Below the pieces are notes generated by a model. The model had not been told where the DNA came from, made no database searches, and saw nothing but the letters and a program-made list of their open reading frames with translations. Shown here piece by piece: positions 46,101 to 57,048 of a stretch of DNA of 64,000 nt. Numbering within the stretch: position 1 is the stretch's first letter; each line of letters opens with the position of its first letter. This DNA comes from Azolla caroliniana (lineage: Eukaryota > Plantae > Polypodiophyta). A program made the position numbers and the translations under genes. The DNA lies in NCBI GenBank assembly GCA_043228905.1, contig JBHGNT010000010.1, positions 12,338,001 to 12,402,000 on the forward strand. Direction: 5' to 3'.

Positions 46101-48543
46101 CAGTCCCGACCGGCAAGGGACCGGTTAGCACTCGAGGATCCGGCCGAAGACGGTGAAGAAACAGAACCGGCCGAAGAAGATGAAAATGATACCGGAACCG
46201 GCCCCGATCCCGAAATGGATTCGGATGAAGAAGAATCGGAAGAACCGGTTACCGAAGCTCCGGAACGGAGATATCCTCTAAGAGAGAGAAGGGCCCCCCG
46301 GAGATTTCCGGAACCAGAGCACGTGCTGCTAACCGACGAGGGGGAGCCGGAGAGCTTTGAAGAAGCAAAACATGACACCCAGAGCCGCAGGTGGTTGAGT
46401 GCCATGCAGGACGAGATGGATTCCCTGCATGAGAACCACACATATGAACTTGTGGAGTTGCCGAAAGGAAAGCGGGCACTTCGAAACAAGTGGGTGTTCA
46501 AGCTGAAACCGGGAGATGCCGAAAACCCCCCGAGATACAAAGCCAGGATCGTGGTGAAGGGGTTTCAGCAGAAGAAGGGCGTCGACTTCGACGAGATATT
46601 TGCCCCGGTAGTGAAGATGACCTCCATCCGGACGGTGCTGAGCATAGCGGCAAGCATGGACCTCGAGGTAGAACAGATGGACGTGAAGACGGCATTCCTT
46701 CACGGTGACCTCGATGAAGAGATCTACATGCAGCAACCGGAAGGATTCGAGAAGAAAGGGAAGGAGCACCTGGTATGCCGGTTGAAGAAGAGCCTTTACG
46801 GACTGAAGCAGGCTCCCCGGCAATGGTACCGAAAGTTCGACTCCTTCATGACCGACGAAGGGTACCTCAAAACGCAGTCCGACCACTGCGTGTTTGTGAA
46901 GAAGTTCGAAGGAGGAGACTTTCTAATACTCCTCCTGTACGTGGACGACATGTTGATCGTCGGACGGGACCAGGTCAAGATACGGATGCTGAAGAAGGCT
47001 CTTCACCGAACCTTCTCAATGAAGGACCTGGGTCCGGCGAGGCAAATACTAGGGATGCACATCATCCGGGACCGGAAGAAGAAGCAGTTGTGGCTGTCAC
47101 AGGAGAAGTACGTGACGAAGGTGCTTCACCGGTTCAACATGTCGGAAGCAAGACCGGTCGGATCGACCCTCCCGGCAAACTGCAAGCTGTCCAGCAAGCA
47201 AAGTCCCAAGACAAAGGCTGAAAAGGAGGATATGATGAAAGTGCCGTATGCCTCAGCCGTCGGGAGCTTGATGTACGCCATGGTGTGTACGAGACCGGAC
47301 ATAGGATATGCAGTCGGAGTGGTGAGCCGGTACATGAGCAATCCCGGCAAAGAGCATTGGAACGCGGCCAAGTGGATACTCCGATACCTGAAAGGCACGG
47401 CAAACGTGTGCCTCCGATTCGGCTCCGGTAAGCCCGAACTCGACGGCTTCACCGATTCGGATATGTCGGCTGATGCAGATACCAGCCGGTCCACATCAGG
47501 GTATGTGATGACGTATGCAGGGGGAGCCGTTTCGTGGCAGTCGAGGCTGCAGAAGACGGTTGCGTTGTCAACCACGGAGGCGGAGTACATGGCAGCTGTT
47601 GAAGCCGGCAAGGAAATAATATGGATGAAGGACTTCATTAGAGAGCTCGGTATCCGGCAGGAGGAGTACCGACTCTACTGCGACAGTCAGAGTGCAATCC
47701 ACCTTGCGAAGAACGCGGCCTATCACTCCCGGACGAAGCACATCCAGGGAAGATATCACTGGATCCGGGAAAGGATAGAAGACAAGGAGTTCGTGCTGAC
47801 AAAGATCCACACGGACGAGAACGGGTCAGATATGCTGACCAAGGTGCTCACACCGGACAAGTTGGAAGCATGCCGGAAGAGGATCGGATTGGAAAGACAT
47901 CCCATGCCGAAGTGAAGGGGGAGTTTGTTGGGATTACGGTCCCTTCGGATGGGATGGTCGGATGTCGGAGATGAATGCCGACGAGCCCGGTTTTGGTTTC
48001 GGAACCGGATGATGAAGACCCCGGCTTCGGAGCCGGATGACGAATGTACCCGGAGAGCGATCCGGATGCAGGGACATATCCGTGAATATGTTTGCTATGG
48101 GCCCCTGAGGCTATAGTTGTAAATAGCCCCAAAGTCATATATGTATAAATATGACTTAGGGCAAACTGTTTTATTGCTGCTGATCATTTTTCTGTTTTTC
48201 CACTCAAGAGGAGTGAAGAGGGAGCAGCCGTGAGAGAGAGAGAGAGAGAGAGAGATAGAGCGCGAGAGAGGAAGAGGACGACGCCTCTGTGTATTTCCGC
48301 CGCCTGTGGCGAGGACAGCGAGCTCAAGGTCGTCGCCTTGCAGCTCGCCATTGTATACTTCTCTTTGTATAGTGTTGGTTTGGAGTCTTGTACTCCCGTG
48401 GTTTTTCCCATCTAGGGTTTTCCACGTTAATCCCTGTGTATTCGTGTGTTTCTCTCTGTGGTTCCTATTTTCTGCTGCATTGATTCGCGATTACTCGGTT
48501 GTGGCCGAGTGGTGAAGGTGAATCGAAGCGTCGATTCCCAACA
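43196..48543 (+). mobile_element. Young, structurally intact Tnt1/Tork-like Ty1/copia
   Basis: LTRs 43196-43811 and 47926-48543 (about 5 substitutions plus a GA indel). TSD TGGGA. PBS 43815-43826. PPT before 47926. Confidence 0.97.
43842..47915 (+). CDS. Copia Gag-Pol polyprotein, uninterrupted
   Basis: Single ORF with CFHCGKPGHF, VVDSGAS, HTDVC...RADNGGE...AER, YVDD, TDSD...TEAE...YCD. Confidence 0.95.
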   Translation: MEGGGSGQPGMMVLNAQNYADWKIKMEDLLIVRDLYEPIDRSEIPKGVLESEWRLLNRKAVATIRQYVDVSVLQHVANDTNAYEMWRKLSGLYERKNALNRTSLMRKIVNLKYRDGESMVEHVSTFMGFVNQLAAIKFPLEDAMQAIILMCTLPESWENLVVTLSTSCTEDNLSLQTVKTSILNEEARWRDKEPASDSKALLTESDRGRQWNRSPQRREKSGTRSQSRGRPTCFHCGKPGHFRKNCRHYRKDNGTDDTDSKKSPERNGAYRGATDRRGSDRRGQDRKGTTALAASEEEIMLITEEGELNIAGDETTWVVDSGASFHLTPERRYFSSYTAGEHGCVRMGNEGTCRIAGIGDVWLTTPTGCKMLLKDIRHVPEVRLNLISAGRLDDEGYTGSIRNGVMKFSKGSLIVARARKDNTLYLMNARLCPEELNVAADTAGELWHKRLCHMSEKGMKRLAEDNLIPVKHVHLEKCTDCLADKQNRTSFHSRPPTRRSAPLELVHTDVCQVETKSHGGAQYFVTFIDDHSRKLWTAPLKTKDQVLCVFKELHARVERESGKKLKAIRADNGGEYRGQFQEYCRSKGIRLEFTVPKTPELNGLAERMNRTIMERVWSMLAHAKLPKGFWAEAMSTATYVINRSPSVPLDGDTPQKVWTGKEVSYRHLKVFGCLAYVHVAKDRRGKLDPKTRPCIFLGYGDDEFGYRVWDPVDKKIFRSRDIIFMEDKTLADWESEKKMKSSKSTGEDQLYEEQSRPARDRLALEDPAEDGEETEPAEEDENDTGTGPDPEMDSDEEESEEPVTEAPERRYPLRERRAPRRFPEPEHVLLTDEGEPESFEEAKHDTQSRRWLSAMQDEMDSLHENHTYELVELPKGKRALRNKWVFKLKPGDAENPPRYKARIVVKGFQQKKGVDFDEIFAPVVKMTSIRTVLSIAASMDLEVEQMDVKTAFLHGDLDEEIYMQQPEGFEKKGKEHLVCRLKKSLYGLKQAPRQWYRKFDSFMTDEGYLKTQSDHCVFVKKFEGGDFLILLLYVDDMLIVGRDQVKIRMLKKALHRTFSMKDLGPARQILGMHIIRDRKKKQLWLSQEKYVTKVLHRFNMSEARPVGSTLPANCKLSSKQSPKTKAEKEDMMKVPYASAVGSLMYAMVCTRPDIGYAVGVVSRYMSNPGKEHWNAAKWILRYLKGTANVCLRFGSGKPELDGFTDSDMSADADTSRSTSGYVMTYAGGAVSWQSRLQKTVALSTTEAEYMAAVEAGKEIIWMKDFIRELGIRQEEYRLYCDSQSAIHLAKNAAYHSRTKHIQGRYHWIRERIEDKEFVLTKIHTDENGSDMLTKVLTPDKLEACRKRIGLERHPMPK

Positions 48544-48929
48544 TGGGAGCCTTATTATCACATCGTTTTTAATAAATTGGATTGAAACCTTATCATTTCC
48601 GGGTTTCCTCTGCATTACATTTGTATAGTGCACCATAACATATAGTTCCATTGCATTTAATCGGTTTCTCACAAATTGGGCCGAACCCTTATCACTGTTC
48701 CCAGTACTTTACTTTATATTTGTATTGTATTGTGCAGCCAGAACTTCAGTGCATGGGATGTTAGTTTCATTGCGATTTACTGCTCTATGGAATTATTTAT
48801 ATATACAAGATTCCTCTTGACATTATCTTTATGCTTATTAGACTCGGGATTTGGCTTATGGTGCTTCATAAAATAGGTCCAAAATTCTCTCTCAGATTTA
48901 ATTATAACTAAATTTGATTAAATCACATA

Positions 48930-49430
48930 ACTTAACATCTTCCCTCACCTGCTTTTGAAAGGCCATTGGCAAGGAAATTATAAGTGTTTATGTTGGGCAC
49001 TTCTCCCTTTTCTTTCATCATCTTAAATAATGCAACATCTCCTGGTTTCTCTTCTTGCTAGAAGGAATAAACAAGAAGGTTACATATATACAAGTTTGTT
49101 AACAAAACATGTTGAAGCATCTTATCATACATCCCATAAGCTTGCTTTGGAAACCCTGCTTTCACCAATGCATCAATCATTATGTTAAATGTATGGGAAT
49201 TGGGAATACAATCATATTTCTCCATCCTTTCAAACGTTGTGACAGAAGCTTCAAGCATTCCAACATAAGCATACACCCTGGCAATAGCTGTGAAAGCATT
49301 CGGTATCAAACTAACTTGATCCTTAACTATGTCTTCCATGAGAAATTCTATGGTCTTGAAATCCTTTGCCTCCCCAAGAATCTCAAAAAGCCACCAAGTT
49401 GAGCTAACTTAGCAATGTAACAATGTATCT
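48930..49430 (-). pseudogene. Pentatricopeptide-repeat (PPR) gene fragment
   Basis: 35-aa repeat pattern FERMEKYDCIPNSHTFNIMIDALVKAGFPKQAYGMYDKM, continuing past a stop (FKMMKEKGEVPN). Confidence 0.75.
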
Positions 49431-49593
49431 TTCTATGTTAACATGTCTATCTTTCTATGTTTGCCATTAGACATAATGGTTGTTTTACTGTTCTTAGCTA
49501 ACTTAGCAAACTTTCTACTTCATTTATTTTTCTCATTATAATGTATTTGAAATGTGCTAATTGAGTTAATTGAATTTTATAGGACACCATAAA

Positions 49594-51809
49594 ATGGAAT
49601 CATCATCTCAAACTGATGCTGCAATGAACTCATCTTCAATTGATGTTAGTCGTGGGTCAACAAGTAGCTCAAGAAAAAGGCTACGCACATCATGGACAGA
49701 TGCTCACATCATATTTTATATGGATAATGGCACACCTCGACGACGATGCCATCATTGCCATGTTTGTTGGTCTTCTACAACATACACAGGCACTATAGCC
49801 AAACATTTAGCAGAAAAGCATCGTTTATCAAGCGACCCAGACCAAAATTCAGGTATATCACAGCACATTCAATCTTCAATTGAGTCAACTAGAGTATCTC
49901 ATGTTTTAGAGAAGAAAATTGATGCTGCCATCGTGAAGTATATTGTGAAGGGAACATTGCCCCATGCACATGTGGAATCACCTGAATTTAAGGAGTTCAT
50001 GCAACAAATTGTACCTGGATATCAAGTAAAGTCAAGACGCACAATTAAGCGTTCTATCCTAGAAATGTATGTGGTGTTGCGTCGTCAGGTGATAGATTTG
50101 CTATCGAAATGCCAATCAAGATTTTCCATAACATTTGATGGTTGGTCAAATAGTAGTTTGAAGGGCTTTTACTCAGTGACACTTCATTGGGTATGTCATG
50201 AAACAGCAAGGTCAAGGTCAATGTTATTGGATTTTGTGCATGTATTTCCAGGTGTTGGATCAGGGAAGCGTTGTGCACATGCCCTTTTTGCTCGACTTCG
50301 ATCCTTTGATATTTCTAGTCGACTCTTAGCTACAATTTTTGATGGAGCGAGTGATGCACAAGTAGCTGCAAAAGAGTTGAGCATGTTGTTACAAGATGAG
50401 CATGGTAAGGAAATTTTGGCTCCATCACATATGTTAAGATGTATGGTTCACACTTTTCAGTTGGGTATCAAGGCAGCATTAGAGGTTATCTCACCCTCAA
50501 CAGGAAAGTTGAGAACAGTGCTCCATACTATTAGATCTAGCAAGGTTCGAAGGGAAGTGTTTAGGAAGTATGCTAGGATGGTTGAGCATTATGAAAGGGA
50601 ACCCCCAAGGCTCGATGTTGTTACAAGATGGAATTCTACCTTGGAAATGTTTAGGCAATCTATCAAGGATAAAGATGTATTGAACTTTACAATTTCAGAT
50701 TTAACAATATCAAGTGATTTCAATGGTAATGTCTTGACCAGAGAAGATTGGAGTCACATACATGCCATGGCGGAATGGCTAGATACACCGGCCGAGGTTT
50801 CTACTTTTCTGGGAGGCTCAAGATATCCTACATTATCGCTAGCATCGCTATCATATAATTGTTTACTAAATCATTGCAATCAATTTTTAGATTCTTCGCT
50901 TCCAGGATCATCTAGATTCACACAAGAGGTGCTTCAAAGAGCATCTGAGAACTGCTTGCAATATTTAATTAAGTATCAAGAATCGTTAAAGTCTATTCCA
51001 TCTCGCATAGCAATGTTTCTTGATCCCAGGTAATGCTTACCTTTATATCGTACAATTATCATCATGATTTCTGATTTTTTATTTGAGTTTAAAACCGTTT
51101 TATTTGTTTGATAGATTGCCTCTTCCAAATAATCATACAGAAAGAGAGTTAGATATTAAGTTGGTTGAAAGCATGATTGAGTCCCACTATCACTCGTTCT
51201 CGAGTGATGTTGAACCACCTTCGGCTTCAACCACAATACATGAAAATGATAAGAATTCTAAAATTTGGACGTTAATGGGTGTAAATAATAAAAGTCTTAT
51301 TTCCGATTCACAGTCAGAAATGCAGCACTTTATGAGACTTCCTTCGGCTAGCACGGACAAGGATCCTTTACAATGGTGGAATGATAATAAATCGGCAATG
51401 CCTTCACTATATAGGATGGCATGTGATTACCTCAGTATACCAGCATCATCAGTACCTGCTGAAGAGGCTAATTCGGCAGCAAAAATGACCTTTGATAATA
51501 GGATAAAACTACATTCATGCACTTTCAAAGTTGAAATGTGCATTCGATCATGGATGAATGTTTTAAAAGAATGTAATGTTCAAATGTTAGATAATTTTCA
51601 CATCAGTTATGTGGAACTAACAATGAATTTGGATGATCTTGTTGCTGAAGACGAGGTAATAGATTACATATCGCATGATAGTCAAAGGAAAATTAAGGTA
51701 TGCATACTTGTTACTTGGTTGTTTTTTATTTGAGTCTTTACTTAAAGTATTTTTATTAATATTTACTTACTTGTTTTTATGTATTTTATATGTACAGGAA
51801 TCATGTTGA
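49594..51809 (+). CDS. hAT-family transposase (BED finger, DDE core, C-terminal dimerization domain), spliced
   Basis: CHHC...HLAEKH; SITFDGWS; RCMVH; TRWNST; LDPR; DPLQWW...LSIPASSVPAE. GT-AG intron 51030-51114 keeps the frame. Probable intron 51698-51797. Confidence 0.9.
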
Positions 51810-52299
51810 TTTTTGACATGTTAACGACAATAGTGGTTACAATTGGAGATCTTCAAAGTCATTGTAATTTTTATTACATGTTGTTTACTATTTTGTTTTT
51901 AGTCGATTCTTTAAATTTGTTATTATGAATTACTTAATTCTTTTGTATATTTTATACTTTCAGGAATCCCTTATTCAAATATTGGAAACAAAAAGCTGGA
52001 TTAAGTTTACATATATGGTCCTATGGATTTGGATTGTTGTTCTTATATATGGAATTGGAACTCTATTATATGGATTGTTGTTCTTAATTGGAATTTTGGA
52101 ACTCTATTGTATGGAATTTTGGAACTCTATTGTATGGATTTTTGTTATCATTCCAAAAAACATTTATCTTTTTATGTAATATCTTATCATGTTTCACAAA
52201 TTAACAATTTTCAGAAAATGTGTTGTGAATTTCTGTTATTTTATAGTGTTCTAGTCTTTGATTTGGTACAATTTATTGTTTCGTGTTGCTTGGATTATG

Positions 52300-52585
52300 T
52301 CAAAACCAATTTGGTTTGGTTTGGTTTTGATGTTTGATACACTGGTTTGGTTTTGATTTTTGGTAAACCGGTTCGGTTTGGTTCTACATTTTACATAAAC
52401 GGTTTGGTTTTAAATGGTTTGGTTTCTCATACCTATTAAACGGTTTGGTTTAAATGGTTTGGCTTAAATAGTTTGGTTTAAATGGCTTCAAATTTTTTAA
52501 ATGGTTTGGTTTGGTTTTTATTCTGAATAACCGGTTTGGTTTGGTTCGGTTTGGTTTCAAGGAAACCGAACCGCGCCCATTGCTA
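52300..52585. mobile_element. hAT right end: subterminal GGTTT/CGGTT repeats and terminal inverted repeat (TIR)
   Basis: Dense GGTTTGGTTT/AACCG motifs ending in CCCATTGCTA (reverse complement TAGCAATGGG), directly abutting copia integrase. Left TIR absent. Confidence 0.8.
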
Positions 52586-55500
52586 GATGTGTGTCAAGTA
52601 GACACGAAGTCACATGCCGGAGCGCAGTACTTCGTGACGTTCATAGATGACCACAACCGGAAGCTGTGGGCCACACCACTGAAGACGAAGGATCAGGTGC
52701 TATCTGTATTCAAAGAGCTCCACGTGAGAGTGGAAAGAGAAACCGGCCGGAAGCTGAAGGCGGTTCGAGCAGATAACGGAGGAGAGTACCGGGGGCAGTT
52801 CAAGGAGTACTGCCGCTCGAAGGGAATCCGGCTCGAATTTACCGTGCCGAAGACGCCGGAACTAAACGGACTGGCCAAGAGGATGAACCGGACCATAATG
52901 GAGAGGGTCCGGAGTATGCTAGCGCATGCAAAACTACACAAGAAGTTTTGGGCTGAGGCACTGTCGACAACGACATACGTGATAAATAGATCACCCTCAG
53001 TACCCTTGGACGGAGACACGCCACAGAGAGTGCGGACCGGTAAGGAAGTATCCTACCGGCATCTGAAGGTGTTCGGGTGTCTCGCGTACGTGCATGTAGC
53101 TAAGGACCGGAGAGGAAAGTTAGATCCAAAGACTCGGCCATGCATATTCCTCGGTTACGGTGACGATGAGTTCGGCTACCGAGTGTGGGACCCGGTCGAC
53201 AAGAAGGTATTCCGGAGTCGAGACATTATCTTCATGGAGGACAAGACGCTCGCCGACTGGGAGTCGGAGAAGAAGATAATGAACTCCGAGTCGACCGGTA
53301 AGGATAGACTCTGCGATGAGCAGACCCAACCGGCAAGAGACCGGTTAGCACTCGAGGAACCAGCCGGTTACGGTGAGGATACCGAACCGGCAGATGAAGA
53401 GGTAGAGGAAGCTGAGACCGGAACCGGCCAAGACCCCGAATCGGATTCGGATGAAGAGCACATGGATGAGCCGGTCACCGAAGCCCAAAGACGGAGATAT
53501 CCTCTCAGAGAGAGAAGGGCCCCCCGGAGATTTCCGGATGCAGAGCATGTTCTGCTGACCGATGAGGGGGAGCCGGAAAGCTTTGAAGAAATGAAGGAAG
53601 ACACCCACAGCCGAAAATGGTTAAGTGCCATGCAGGACGAGATGGATTCCCTGCATGAGAACCATACATACGAATTGGTGGAGCTGCCGAAAGGAAAGCG
53701 GGCACTCCGAAACAAGTGGGTGTACAAGTTGAAACCGGGAGATGCCGGCAACCCCCCGAGATACAAAGCCAGGATCGTGGTGAAGGGGTTCCAGCAGAAG
53801 AAGGGCATGGACTTCGACGAGATATTTGCCCCGGTAGTAAAGATGACCTCCATCCGGACGGTGCTGAGTATAGTAGCAAGCATGGACCTCGAGGTAGAGC
53901 AGCTGGACGTGAAGACGGCATTCCTTCACGGCGACCTCGAAGAGGAGATCTACATGCAGTAACCGGAAGGATTTGTGGAGAAAGGGAAGGAGCACCTGGT
54001 ATGCCAGTTGAAGAAGAGCCTGTACGGACTAAAGCAGGCTCCCCGGCAATGGTACCGGAAGTTCGACTCCTTCATGACCGATCAAGGGTACCACAAAACG
54101 CAGGCCGATCATTGCGTGTTTGTGAAGAAGTTCGAAGGAGGGGACTTCCTGATACTCCTCCTGTACGTGGATGACATGTTAATCGTCGGACGAGACCAAG
54201 TCAAAATACGGATGCTGAAGAAGGCTCTCAACCGGACCTTCTCAATGAAAGACTTGGGTCCGGCAAGACAGATGTTGGGGATGCACATCATCCGTAACCG
54301 GAAAGCGAAGCAATTATGGCTGTCACAGGAGAAGTACGTGACAAAGGTGCTTCACCGGTTCAACATGTCAGTAGCGAAACCGGTCGGATCGACACTTCCG
54401 GCAAACTGCAAGCTATCCGGCAAGTAAAGCCCGAAAACAAAAGCAAAGAAGGCGGATATGATGAAGATTCCATATGCCTCTGCCGTCGGGAGCTTGATGT
54501 ACGCTATGGTGTGTACCCGACTGGATATAGGATACGCAGTCGGAGTGGTGAGCCGGTTCATGAGTAATCCCGGCAAGGAGCACTGGAACGCAGTCAAATG
54601 GATACTCCGATACTTGAAGGGCACTTCAAATATGTGTCTCCGATTCGGCTCCGGAAAACCTCAACTGGACGGTTTCACCGATTCGGACATGTCGGCTGAT
54701 GTGGATACCAGCCGGTCTACATCTGGGTATGTAATGTCATATGCAGGGGGAGCTGTTTCATGGCAGTCGAGGCTGCAGAAGACGGTTGCATTGTCAACCA
54801 CAGAGGCGGAGTACATGGCGGCTGTGGAAGCCGGCAAGGAAATATTATGGATGAAGGACTTCATCGGAGAGCTCGGCATCCGGCAAGAAGAATACCGACT
54901 CTACTGCGACAGTCAAAGTGCCATCCACCTTGCTAAGAATGCGGCCTACCATTCCCAGACGAAGCATATCCAGCGAAGGTATCACTAGATCCGGGAAAGA
55001 GTAGATGACCAGGAGTTCGCACTCACGAAGATCCACACGGCCGAGAACGGGTCAGATATGCTGACCAAAGTGCTGACACCTGACAAGCTGGATGCATGCC
55101 GGAAGAGGATCGGACTGGTAAGACACCCCATGGCGGAGTGAAGGGGGAGTTTGTTGGGAGACAGGTCCCTCCGGATGGGAAGGAAGAAGAACAATGCCGG
55201 CGAACAAACTCGGCCGAGGCCGAAACGGTATGAGGAGAACCCGGCTACGGAGAGCTGGATGATACAGACCCGGTGAAGACCGGATGAGGAGTACCCGGCT
55301 ACGGAGAACCGGATGATACAGACCCGGTGAAGACCGGATGAGGAGTACCCAGCTACGGAGAGCCGGATGGTGCAGGCCCGGTATGAACCGGATGAGGAGT
55401 ACCCGGCTACGGAGAACCGGATGGTGCAGGCCCCGGTACGAACCCGAGGAAGAGACATATTCATAAATATGTTTCTGAGAGCCCATCGAGGCTACATTTG

Positions 55501-55928
55501 TAAATAGCCGAAAAGTCATATTAGTATAAATATGACTTAGGGCAAACTTTTAGTAACTGTTTTTGGAGCGGTTGTCATTCTTCCTTGTTGGTGCAAGAAG
55601 AAGAGAGAGTGCGTAACTGTACAGAGGGAGAGAGAGAGACGAGGTCGTTGCCTCTGTTGTAACCGCCGCCTGTGGCGAAGACTTGTGAGCACGAGGTCGG
55701 TGCCTCAGTGAACGCACTGTTGTATATTCCTACATAGTGACAGTTTGCAGCCTGTGGGCTGCCGTGGTTTTTTCCCTTAGTTTGGGGTTTTCCACGTAAA
55801 CCTCCTGTGTAGTGTGTGTATATCTTCCTCTCCTTTGTGTCGTGCATTTTATTACCTGTTTTTTTGTGTATGAAAAGAAGCTCGGTTGTGGCCGAGCATT
55901 GCGCATAAGGAACTTCCAGTTCCCGTCA
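52586..55928 (+). mobile_element. 3' half of copia subfamily G (INT, RT, RNase H with stops; 3' LTR 55152-55928)
   Basis: Starts at DVCQVDTK. Stops at 53960, 54425 and 54986. PPT and G-type LTR. Confidence 0.92.
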
Positions 55929-57048
55929 GAAAGCTTCACATTAAAAGTCTACAATAAGATAAATACGTAACTAAAATAACATTTGATCATGTTTTATATA
56001 TAAAGATAATATTAACAACACATATGATAATATTATATATATGTAAAGAAAAATAATATATATATATAAATATATTATATTACACGAACAAGAGAGGACT
56101 TGAACCAATAACCCCACCCTATGACTCTCAAATCTTACCATTTATTCTATACTAGTAATATACATAAAATAAAGCATACTTTATATATACTTTATATTAT
56201 ATAAAGGATTTGCTTCATGATATAAAAATAAAGTTGTATGTCATATTCAATAGTATTTTGAGACTCGAACCCACAACCTCATACACCAAAGTCAACACAC
56301 CTACCATTAGGCTAGGCTCTTTCTATTTAAGATTATATTTTCATGTTTATTCTTATTGCATATATTGTTTCATACATAAAAGCTCAAATGAGCGAGATGT
56401 TTATCATGCATCACATGTAATGCATGAACGCCAAATGGCGATCATGCATCACATGCATCACATGCACTACATGCATGACTTGTACCCTCCAATGCATCAT
56501 ATGCATGGGGGCACCTATTTAAATGGTGAAAGAGAAGATCAAAGGGGGAAGAGGTATGAGATATCAATCAAATATATATTACATAAGAGATACCATAAAA
56601 TAGAGAAAGAAAGGAAGAAGTTGAACATAAACATGGAGCTCTAGCTTGGCGGTCGTGGTGGTCAACTCTCAACAAGAGGGAGGCGGTTCGAGCCTTATCT
56701 TCATCAAAATATTGAAGTGAAGATTGTAGTGGTCTACGATCAAGAAAGAGAAGAGCGATTACCTTGCAAGACAAAGTTCAGAGGTTCAACGACGTGCACA
56801 ATCATTTTGTAACTCTTTCATGAAAAGGATTATAAATTTCATACACTTTCTCATATATTATTTTATATCTTATCTTGTCTTATCTTATATTCCTTAAAAA
56901 TCTTGTTTTGTCATATCTTATTGATCTCTATTCACTCCATCTCTACTCTTTCGTCTCTTCCGTCCATAATCCCAGTGATTCCTTCCTCACTTTCACGTTA
57001 TCCTTTGTGTGCGCAACGCTACGCTTCTAGGCGAGCCACGTCACGACA
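55929..57048. mobile_element. Partial AT-rich LTR related to 3558-4346, with two tRNA-like cassettes
   Basis: Ends in CACGACA like 4346. ATGCAT-rich block. Minus-strand A/B boxes at 56096-56149 and 56261-56314. Confidence 0.6.

Larger units (their letters stand above)
34566..48553 (+). mobile_element. Gypsy family E (relative of A): 5' LTR 34566-34984, PBS 34991-35000, gag-protease split by two copia insertions, truncated at about 48553
   Basis: PBS TGGCGACCAC. Gag 35038-35334 plus 41130-43195, homologous to A gag, with an in-frame stop at 42402-42404 and a third knuckle CYYCRQEGHYSNQC. Protease VIDGGSGVNV. Confidence 0.88.

Noticed and set aside
48930-49430. Functional PPR gene
   Set aside because: Only about 3-4 degenerate repeats, with stops and frameshifts.
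52511-53962. 483-aa ORF as a novel fusion protein
   Set aside because: Read-through from the hAT terminal repeats into a truncated copia integrase.
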